Source: Steroidobacteraceae bacterium (GTDB lineage: Bacteria > Pseudomonadota > Gammaproteobacteria > Steroidobacterales > Steroidobacteraceae). From it: a stretch of 24,000 bases of DNA. Below the pieces are notes generated by a model that did not search any database, was not told the DNA's origin, and saw only the letters and a program-made list of their open reading frames with translations. The position numbers and the translations under genes were made by a program. Location of the stretch: positions 58,016 through 82,015 of the forward strand of contig JALORN010000008.1 in assembly GCA_025458905.1 (NCBI GenBank), read 5' to 3'. Position 1 is the stretch's first letter. Each line of letters begins with the position of its first letter. This document shows positions 8,569 to 15,800 of the stretch, in pieces.

Positions 8569-10554
8569 TCAGCGCGCGGCGGCGTCCAGTCGATGCAGGG
8601 GCACGGCCTTCGCGGGCGGCGGCCGCGACGCCGACGCCCGCACGCTCTCGATCACCTTGTCGGCGAGGAATGCCGCCACCGCGGGGTCGCCGTTCGGCGG
8701 TTGCCAGAGGTCCCAGGTGCCGCGGTACTGGCGCTGCACCGGCCCGCGCGCGCTGGGGCGCCCGAGCGCAGGGTCGTAGCCGAGATGTCCGTGGTCCGAG
8801 ACGTCGTACGCCAGGGAGGGATCGAGGTCGTCGCGCGGCCGGTCGGCCGGCGTCAGGCGCGGCGGCGGGTAGGGCCGGCCGTCCTCGCAGCCGCCCATCG
8901 TGAAGCAGCAGGGCTCGCGCCCGGTGCCGCTGCGCGCCGGGCAGTCGGTCTCGACCCAGATCCCCCAGTAGTCCGCGAACGGGTGACCGGCCTCGGGCCA
9001 GGTCTCGCGGTCCAGCGCGTCGATCCGCGCCCAGCTGCGCCAGCCGATCTCCTTGGCCACCTGGTTCGGCACCTCGACGAGGTTCAACACCGAGTCGACC
9101 ATGATCTGCGGGAAGGCGACCACGATGTGCTCGACGCCCTGGTCCTTCAGTCGCTCCAGCGCCTGCCAGTAGAGCAGGCCCGAGTCGCCGCGCGGCAGCT
9201 GGTCGGTCTCGTAGAGATAGGCCTCGCCGAGGTTCTCGCCGCGCATCTCACGGGTGCGTTCGAGCTGCGAGGACGCCGGCGTGCGCTTCGGCAGCGCCGG
9301 GTTGACCTCGCGCCGGCCGAACCAGGCCTCGACGACGTTGCGCGGGTCGAGCCCGGGATGGCGCGCGAGCAGCATCCGGCGGATGTTCGCGTTGAACACC
9401 AGCGTGTCGTCGATCTTCGGGTCGAACCAGCGGTTGCCCTCCCGCGTCGCGTGGTTCACGAGCAGCACGCCGGTCTTCGTGACCGGCACGCGCCGCGAGA
9501 AGCGCCGCTCGATGCCGGTGACCTGCAGCGCCGCGAGCCGCGGGTCGTCCGAGACCGGGTTCGGGCGTCCTGCGAGCGGCACGGCGACGTCGCGCGCCGG
9601 CTCGCCGAGCGACAGCGTCCAGCCGGCAGGTTCCGCCGGATAGGACGCCGTCATGAGATCGGCCGGGTCGTTGACCCAGTGCACCGCGACCTTCGCGCCC
9701 CGGCGCGCGTTGTGGCGGTCGACGACCTGGCGCGCGAGGTTCACGACGTCCCAGCTCTTGAAGAACCGTACGCCGGAGGTCGTGAGGTCGACCATGTGGA
9801 TCTCCTCGACGCCCGCGGCCAGCAGCCGCTCGATCGTCCCGTCTACGTCGTAGCGGCGGGGATCACACTCCTTCCACGAGGCATCGCAGAAGGTGACCGG
9901 CGAGCCTCCGGGCACGCGTGGCTCGTGGATCAGCCGCGGATAGGCGTGGTGCCGCGGGTCGGGCGCGATCCACGAGGCGTGGTCGACGACGAAGTCGACG
10001 CCGAGCTCGCGCTCCCGTGCCTCGAGCCGCGCGGCGAGCTGGCGGGCGACCTCGAGCGAGTGGCCCTCCGCGGGGTCGCGACCGCCGATGCGGCCATAGG
10101 AGAACGCGTACTTGGCGAGTTCCTTGGGTGCGTTGCCGGCCGCGAGGATCGCCGGCCATTGCTCGGGGTTCCAGATCACCCGCCGGTAAACCGGGCTGTT
10201 GGGGTCGTAGACGAAGATCTGCAGCGTCGCTTCCCAACTGCTGCGCGGGCCGGCCTCGGCCGAACCACCGTGGAACACGTAGACCACGCCGATCCGCCGC
10301 GGCGCGTCGCGCGTCGTCGCGCGCCCCTGCAACGGCAAGGACGGTGCGGTGGCGGTCGCCGGCGTCGAAGCCTGCGGCGGCGATCGGACGACCCTCGACC
10401 CGGCGCCGCTCGCCGCGCAGGCCGCCAACGACAGCGCCAGCGCCACGGCGGCGAGCGCCGCCAGGCCCGGCCCCGCGCTGCGCGACCGCGCGCCGGCGCT
10501 GCGCGCGCGCGCCAGCTGGGGCCGCACCGTCATCCCGGGGAACCTGCTCGGCAT
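8569..10554 (-). CDS. Large lipoprotein of unknown function (661 aa)
   Basis: ATG at 10554 is preceded by GGGAGGA 6 nt upstream. The signal peptide ends in the lipobox LSLAAC. GC3 is high throughout. I recognise no family. Weak two-lobed motif resemblance is described in the findings. Confidence 0.8.
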   Translation of the reverse strand: MPSRFPGMTVRPQLARARSAGARSRSAGPGLAALAAVALALSLAACAASGAGSRVVRSPPQASTPATATAPSLPLQGRATTRDAPRRIGVVYVFHGGSAEAGPRSSWEATLQIFVYDPNSPVYRRVIWNPEQWPAILAAGNAPKELAKYAFSYGRIGGRDPAEGHSLEVARQLAARLEARERELGVDFVVDHASWIAPDPRHHAYPRLIHEPRVPGGSPVTFCDASWKECDPRRYDVDGTIERLLAAGVEEIHMVDLTTSGVRFFKSWDVVNLARQVVDRHNARRGAKVAVHWVNDPADLMTASYPAEPAGWTLSLGEPARDVAVPLAGRPNPVSDDPRLAALQVTGIERRFSRRVPVTKTGVLLVNHATREGNRWFDPKIDDTLVFNANIRRMLLARHPGLDPRNVVEAWFGRREVNPALPKRTPASSQLERTREMRGENLGEAYLYETDQLPRGDSGLLYWQALERLKDQGVEHIVVAFPQIMVDSVLNLVEVPNQVAKEIGWRSWARIDALDRETWPEAGHPFADYWGIWVETDCPARSGTGREPCCFTMGGCEDGRPYPPPRLTPADRPRDDLDPSLAYDVSDHGHLGYDPALGRPSARGPVQRQYRGTWDLWQPPNGDPAVAAFLADKVIESVRASASRPPPAKAVPLHRLDAAAR

Positions 10555-10637
10555 CGGCTATCCTCCCTGGCCGCGGACCGACGCTAGCGCGAGCGGCCGT
10601 CGCGCCGCGATCCCGCATCGCGCGCGCTGTCCGATGC

Positions 10638-11147
10638 GTGGAGGATCCGTTGAGCGAGCACCGATTGTTCTTCGCCTTCTGGCCCGACGAGGCCACCCGC
10701 GCCGCGCTCGAGGCCGCACGCGCCGGACTGTTCCCGCTGAGCGGCCGGCCGGTCGAGCCGGCCAACCTGCACGTCACCGTGGCCTTCCTCGGCGGCGTGG
10801 AGGCCTCGCGCCTCGAGCGCCTCGCCGCGCTCGCCGGTCCGGTCGCGCCGTTCACGATCGCCTTCGACCGGCTCGAGCTGTGGCGCAAGCCGAAGGTGCT
10901 GACCGCGACCTCGAGCCAGCCGGCGCCGCGCGCCGCGGCGATCGTCGATGGCCTCTGGCAGCGCCTCGACCGCCTCGGGTTCGCGCGCGACCCGCGGCCG
11001 TTCGTGCCGCACGTCACGCTGGCGCGCGACGTGCGCTCGGTGCGGCCGGGCCTGCGCTGGACGACGGTCGCGTGGACCGTCGACCGGGTGTGCCTGGTGG
11101 AGTCCACCGTCGCCGAGGCGGGCGTCCGCTACCTGCCGCTCGCCTGA
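10638..11147 (+). CDS. thpR: RNA 2',3'-cyclic phosphodiesterase (2H phosphoesterase, ThpR/LigT family)
   Basis: This is the C-terminal part of ORF 9918..11147. The sequence HRLFFAFWPDE is followed by two HxTx motifs (HVTVAF, HVTLAR) at the expected spacing. The start is either GTG 10638 or TTG 10650; the latter has GGAGGA 4 nt upstream. Confidence 0.8.
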   Translation: MEDPLSEHRLFFAFWPDEATRAALEAARAGLFPLSGRPVEPANLHVTVAFLGGVEASRLERLAALAGPVAPFTIAFDRLELWRKPKVLTATSSQPAPRAAAIVDGLWQRLDRLGFARDPRPFVPHVTLARDVRSVRPGLRWTTVAWTVDRVCLVESTVAEAGVRYLPLA

Positions 11148-12520
11148 GGGTCCGAGGGGCCGCCGGCCTTCCACCAGTCGAAGCGCCGGGTCGCGAGCAT
11201 CAGGGTCGCGAGTGTCGTGAACACGGTCAGGGCCCCGAGCAGCAGCGCATGATCCTCGGAGGCGAGGATCGCGTAGAGCAGGGCGTAGGCTGCGGCGAGC
11301 GCCGCCGACATCGCGAGCGCGACCCGCCGGCTCGCCGCGACGCCGGCGACGTAGACACCGACCAGCCCGACCAGTGCCGTCGCCGCGATCGCATAGGCGA
11401 TCGCGAACCCCAGGTGCTCCGAGAGCGCGAGCAGCAGCAGGAAGAACACCGCGAGCGCGAGCCCGACCAGCAGGTACTGCATCGGATGCAGCCGCACGCC
11501 ACGCGTCGCATGCTCCCAGGCGAACAGCGCGAGGAAGGTCACGGCGACGAACAGCACGCCGTGGCGCACGGCGCGATAGTTCAGGGCATACAGGTCCAGC
11601 GGCTGGAACAGGGCGACGCCCGAGGCCCCCGCACGCAGCCCCTCGATGCCGATCGGCTCGCCACGCCAGGCCTCGGGCAGCGTCCAGCGCAGGCGGGTGG
11701 AAGACCAGTTCGCCGCGAAGCCGGTGGCGCCCACCTCCCGGCGGGCGGGCGACTCCGCGCCGGAGAAGTCCGGATGCGGCCAGTCGCCCCGCAGCGCGAT
11801 CGTGCTCGCCGCCGCGAGCGGCACCACGTCGAGCGCCTCGCTGCCCGAGAGCACCACCACGACCTCGAACGTCAGTTCGCGCTCGCGCTGCCCCTCGACG
11901 AGCGGTGCCGGGCCGGCGAGGGCACGACCCTGCAGGAACTCGTCACCCACGGTCGCGAGCGCCGCTTCGTCGAGCATGAAGCGCTCGATGCGGCGGATCG
12001 ACCCGAGCGCGGCCAGGGGTACCACCAGCCGCGCCTGCGACCAGACGAGCCGCTCGTGCGCGCCTGCGAGTGCGCCGCTCGCCGCCGCGACGGCGCCGAA
12101 TCGACCGCGCAACCGCAAGGTTGCCTCGTAGGTCGGTATCCGGTAGAGGCCCCTGCTGAGCAGGGCGGTGCGCAGCATGCCATCGACGTCCAGTTCCGCG
12201 GCCCGCAGGTAGACGGGGGGCGCATCCTCCCAGGCATCGGCAGCGGGCGGCGCGGGCACCGTCGCATCGCCTGGGCCTGCGACCGTCGCCCCGCTCTCCC
12301 GCGGCCGCAAGCGCTGCACCGGCACGCGCAGGACCGGCCCGCCGATCCACTGGCGTTCGCCGACGCTCGCGGCGATCCGCGTCCGCGCCGCGTCGCGCAT
12401 CGCCTCGCGCTCGCTGACCAGGCCTGCGACCTGGCCGAGCGGCCACAACAGCAACAGGGTCAGGAGGCCGATCAGCCCGCCCTTGACCATCACCGACTGC
12501 GATCCTGGAAACCGTGCCAT
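11129..12520 (-). CDS. creD: Cell envelope integrity inner-membrane protein CreD
   Basis: Lies within ORF 11129..12643 (-). It has one N-terminal TM helix, a large periplasmic domain and a C-terminal cluster of TM helices (LFVAVTFLALFAWEH...MQYLLVGLALAVFFLLLLALSEHLGFAIAYAIAA), matching the CreD family as I recall it. The start is ATG 12520 or ATG 12490. Confidence 0.75.
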   Translation of the reverse strand: MARFPGSQSVMVKGGLIGLLTLLLLWPLGQVAGLVSEREAMRDAARTRIAASVGERQWIGGPVLRVPVQRLRPRESGATVAGPGDATVPAPPAADAWEDAPPVYLRAAELDVDGMLRTALLSRGLYRIPTYEATLRLRGRFGAVAAASGALAGAHERLVWSQARLVVPLAALGSIRRIERFMLDEAALATVGDEFLQGRALAGPAPLVEGQRERELTFEVVVVLSGSEALDVVPLAAASTIALRGDWPHPDFSGAESPARREVGATGFAANWSSTRLRWTLPEAWRGEPIGIEGLRAGASGVALFQPLDLYALNYRAVRHGVLFVAVTFLALFAWEHATRGVRLHPMQYLLVGLALAVFFLLLLALSEHLGFAIAYAIAATALVGLVGVYVAGVAASRRVALAMSAALAAAYALLYAILASEDHALLLGALTVFTTLATLMLATRRFDWWKAGGPSDPQASGR

Positions 12521-12917
12521 CCCGACTTGCCCCACGTGCCGTGCCCTGGACGGCATACAGCCTCGGGCCGCCCGGTGCGGCAGCGGTGACGGAAATCGGG
12601 CGAAACCTGGCGCTGCCGAGACCGGGTGTTGCGTGGCATCCAACGCGGCATCGCGCCGGCAGGTTCATGGGCTGATACAGCGGTTCGCTCGCACGGGCGC
12701 ACGAGACTCGCACGATCGCGGCGCCGGGTCGGGTTGGTCCATCGAATCAGGAGCTTGGAGCCGATCGAGGGTGCTTCACCCGGCCACCATAATCGTTGCT
12801 CATGCCATTCATCAGCATCTGTGTTTTCCGTTGGGCGCGCGGTGGCGCACGATGCGCCGATCCAACATCCGGTCGGTGCGGCCGGGTCGCGTCGCGTTCT
12901 CCAGGGGGATTCAGCTC

Positions 12918-15386
12918 ATGACGATCCATCACACGCCGCCGCGCATGCTGGTCGCCGCGGCGGTCGCTGCCGCGCTCTCGGGCCATGCGGTGGCACAGGC
13001 GCAGCTCGAGGAAGTCACCGTCACGGCGCGCAAGACCACCGAGAACCTGCAGGACGTGCCACTGACGATCACGGCCTTCTCGGCCGACACGATCGAGCGT
13101 GCCAACATCAGGAACGCCGAGGACGTGGTCCGGTACACCCCTGGCCTCAACTTCGACAAGGGTTTCGCGCCGCAGGACACGCGCATCAGCATCCGTGGCC
13201 TGCCGGTCGTGCGCGGCAAGCCGCCGGTCGGCGTGCTGCTCGACGGCATCGACATCTCCTCGGAGTCGATCTCGACCGCCGGCGGCTCGATGCTCGTCAA
13301 CGTCAAGCTCGTGGAGCTGCAGCAGATCGAGGTGGTCAAGGGCCCGCAGAGCGCGCTCTACGGCCGCTCGGCGTTCGGCGGTGCCGTGGTCTACACCTCC
13401 AAGCGGCCCAACCTCGAGCAGGTCGAGGGCAATGCCTCGCTCGAGGTCGCGAGCTACGAGTCCTACGACGCGCGCGCTGCGATCAGCATCCCGCTGGTGC
13501 AGGACAGGCTGTCCGTGCGCATCAACGCGGTCTACAGCGAGTTCGATGGCTTCTACCGCAACACGACCACCGGCAACCGGATCGGCGGCGACGAGTTCGT
13601 CGGCGCCTCGGTGGCGCTGCGCTTCAAGCCGACCGACTCGGCCGACTTCACGCTGCGGGCGTCGTACAGTGAGGACCAGATCGAGTCGCGGCCGTCGTAC
13701 TACTACGGCACCGCCAATGGCCGCACGACCCTGCTGCCGGTGCCCGCCAACGCCGTCGGCCTGCGACTCGGCCTGCCGCCGGGCGGCGCGCCGCTGCCGG
13801 CCACCTGGCGCTTCCCGGCCACCGGGGAGATCACCACCGCCGGGAATTCGATCCGTCTCAGCGTCGACCCCCTGACCGGCCGCGACTTCGAGGCCGGCGA
13901 GCTCAAGCCCTTCGTGCTGAGCCTGGTGGGCGACGTCGACCTCGGCTTCGCGAAGCTCTCGAACTGGACCGGCTACACCAGCGCCGAGAGCTTCGGTCGC
14001 GCCGATGCGGACTTCTTCGCCGCACCGACCGGCAGCGTCACGGTGCCGTCCGCGGGCACCGCGGAGACCGGTCCGGTCATCTTCATCACCGACATCGCGG
14101 TGAAGGCGCGGCAGTTCAGCCAGGACCTGCGCCTCGCGCAGGACGAGGGCCGCCTGCGCTGGGCGATCGGCGCGCTGTACTGGCAGGAGCGCTACGACAG
14201 CGACAACGCCTCGCTGTCCTCGGCACAGTCCGCGCCGCGCCCGGCCGGCTTCTCCGCCGCCCGCGCCTACCAGGTGCTCGGCCAGGCGCCGGCCGCGCGC
14301 AGCGTCCGCGACACCGACCACCGCTCGATCTATGGCACCGTCGGGTTCGACTTCACCGACCGCATCGAGGGCAGCGTCGAGGCACGTTACGCCAAGGAGA
14401 GCGTGGACTCGGTGTTCGGCGCCGCCCTGAACCTGGTCGCGACGCCCGCCGCACCGACACCGTCGTATGCCTTCGGTGTCGTGCCGCTGAATCCCACGCC
14501 GTCGTACGAGACCAGCATGTTCACGCCGCGCGCGATGCTGAAGTACAAGTTCGAGGACGATGCCAACGTCTACGTGTCGTTCGCGCGCGGCAAGAAGCCA
14601 GGCGGCTACCTGAACGTCGGCGTGGTCGCCGACACCCGGCTCGCCCGCTACAACCCGGAGCTGATCGACACCGGCGAGATCGGCTTCAAGTCGAGCTGGC
14701 TCGACAACCGGCTGCGCGTCAACGGCGCCTACTTCAAGTCGTACAACAAGGACCGCCTGAACCAGGTGCTGATCCCCGATGCCGCCAGCCCGCAGGGGGT
14801 CGTGACCCAGGCGGTCAACATCGGCGAGGTGGAGATCGACGGCATCGAGTTCGACTTCACCGCCGCGCTCACCGACGGCCTCACCGCGAGCCTCGCCTAC
14901 ACCTGGCTGGACGCGCGCTACACCGAGTCGGACGCGCCGCAGACCACGGCCTTCGCGGTCGCCGGCCCCGGCAACTGCACGGTCGGCGCGGTCGGTCCGC
15001 AGGTCGTCTGCATCACCAACACCAACGGCAACCAGCTCGACTTCGCGGCCGAGCACTCGATCGCCGCTTCGCTCGGCTACACCCGCGAGCTCGGCGGCGA
15101 CTGGACCCTGGTCTCGGCGATCGACGCGCAGTACCGCAGCAAGCGCTACCTCGACCCGAACAACCTGTTCATCCTGCCGGACTACGTCAACGTGGACCTG
15201 CGCGTCTCGGCCGAGACCGAGAAGTACGGGGTGACGCTGTTCGTCAACAACGCGACCGACGTCGACACCGTCCAGTCGGGACAGACCAGCGGCGACAACT
15301 ACGCGCTGGTGCCGCCGCAGCTGGCCTATACCGCGTATGCGCCGGACCGGCGGCAGTACGGCGTGCGCTTCACCGTCAAGTTCTAG
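12918..15386 (+). CDS. TonB-dependent outer-membrane receptor (paralog 1)
   Basis: ATG 12918 lies in the frame of ORF 12483..15386 and is preceded by AGGGGGA. There is a signal peptide ending AVAQAQ and a TonB-box-like LEEVTVTARK. Plug motifs include IEVVKGPQSALYGRSAFGGAV. The C-terminus is RFTVKF, with the terminal Phe typical of beta-barrel OMPs. Confidence 0.9.
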   Translation: MTIHHTPPRMLVAAAVAAALSGHAVAQAQLEEVTVTARKTTENLQDVPLTITAFSADTIERANIRNAEDVVRYTPGLNFDKGFAPQDTRISIRGLPVVRGKPPVGVLLDGIDISSESISTAGGSMLVNVKLVELQQIEVVKGPQSALYGRSAFGGAVVYTSKRPNLEQVEGNASLEVASYESYDARAAISIPLVQDRLSVRINAVYSEFDGFYRNTTTGNRIGGDEFVGASVALRFKPTDSADFTLRASYSEDQIESRPSYYYGTANGRTTLLPVPANAVGLRLGLPPGGAPLPATWRFPATGEITTAGNSIRLSVDPLTGRDFEAGELKPFVLSLVGDVDLGFAKLSNWTGYTSAESFGRADADFFAAPTGSVTVPSAGTAETGPVIFITDIAVKARQFSQDLRLAQDEGRLRWAIGALYWQERYDSDNASLSSAQSAPRPAGFSAARAYQVLGQAPAARSVRDTDHRSIYGTVGFDFTDRIEGSVEARYAKESVDSVFGAALNLVATPAAPTPSYAFGVVPLNPTPSYETSMFTPRAMLKYKFEDDANVYVSFARGKKPGGYLNVGVVADTRLARYNPELIDTGEIGFKSSWLDNRLRVNGAYFKSYNKDRLNQVLIPDAASPQGVVTQAVNIGEVEIDGIEFDFTAALTDGLTASLAYTWLDARYTESDAPQTTAFAVAGPGNCTVGAVGPQVVCITNTNGNQLDFAAEHSIAASLGYTRELGGDWTLVSAIDAQYRSKRYLDPNNLFILPDYVNVDLRVSAETEKYGVTLFVNNATDVDTVQSGQTSGDNYALVPPQLAYTAYAPDRRQYGVRFTVKF

Positions 15387-15708
15387 CGCGACAAATGTTG
15401 TGCGGTGACAACAGCGGCGCGTGGATGTCTCGGCTACTGAGACCGTTCCGGGCAACCTGGCCGGCGCGCAGTCGACGGTCGGCGGCGCTGCCCGAGCTGT
15501 TCCGGGCCCGCGCGGACGCCGCGGACGCGCGGCGTTTCGGCACGCGAATCAATGCGTTGAGGCGCCACCTCAGCGCGGTCCAGTCATCAGCTGAATGCAT
15601 GGCAGCCGTATCCGAACGCATGGCCAACGGGCTTCGCTTTGCTCAGGATCAGGCGGGGAAGGTACTTTCCTGCTGACGTTTCCGGGACACACGTGGCCAG
15701 CGCGTGCG

Positions 15709-15783
15709 TTCCTGCACGAAGGTGGCAGTGCGAGTTGCTGCACTGGTGCCTGCACGAGCTTTCCTGCACAAGTTTTCCTGTAC
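15709..15783 (+). promoter_or_regulatory. Five direct copies of a TTCCTGCAC-like 9-mer upstream of TonB-dependent receptor 2, a candidate regulator-binding array
   Basis: The copies are TTCCTGCAC 15709-15717, TTGCTGCAC 15735-15743, TGCCTGCAC 15747-15755, TTCCTGCAC 15761-15769 and TTCCTGTAC 15775-15783. The last three intervals are 12, 14 and 14 bp. The array ends 18 bp before the ATG at 15801. A degenerate copy, TTCCTGCTGAC, lies at 15667-15677. Confidence 0.3.
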
Positions 15784-15800
15784 ACAGGGGGATTCCACTC

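Noticed and set aside
8569-10554. HGGS (VVYVFHGGS) and GDSG (RGDSGLLY) strings in the 661-aa lipoprotein, read as hormone-sensitive-lipase-type esterase motifs.
   Set aside because: In that esterase family the HGG and GxSxG motifs lie roughly 70-80 residues apart. Here they are about 380 residues apart, and no matching Asp/His context is evident. This is probably coincidental, but it is kept as an alternative to test.
10349-12589. A 746-aa plus-strand ORF overlapping thpR (out of frame) and antisense to creD. The 649-aa ORF 19554..21503 (-) across asd in another frame is a similar case.
   Set aside because: There are no recognisable motifs. The translations are Arg/Gly/Pro-rich, and they conflict with confidently identified genes.
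12790-12830. A possible Fur box in the AT-richer patch (CATAATCGTTGCTCATGCCATTCATCAGC) upstream of receptor 1.
   Set aside because: Manual comparison with GATAATGATAATCATTATC gives only about 7 of 19 matches and no dyad symmetry. There is no support for iron regulation from the sequence.
15395-15676. A 93-aa plus-strand ORF inside the spacer between the two receptors.
   Set aside because: It has many A/T-ending and rare codons (cta, aga, agt, cga, aat, tca, gct, gaa, gta, ctt, ttt, gat), unlike every confident gene here. It has no SD and no recognisable fold. The region is more likely non-coding regulatory DNA.
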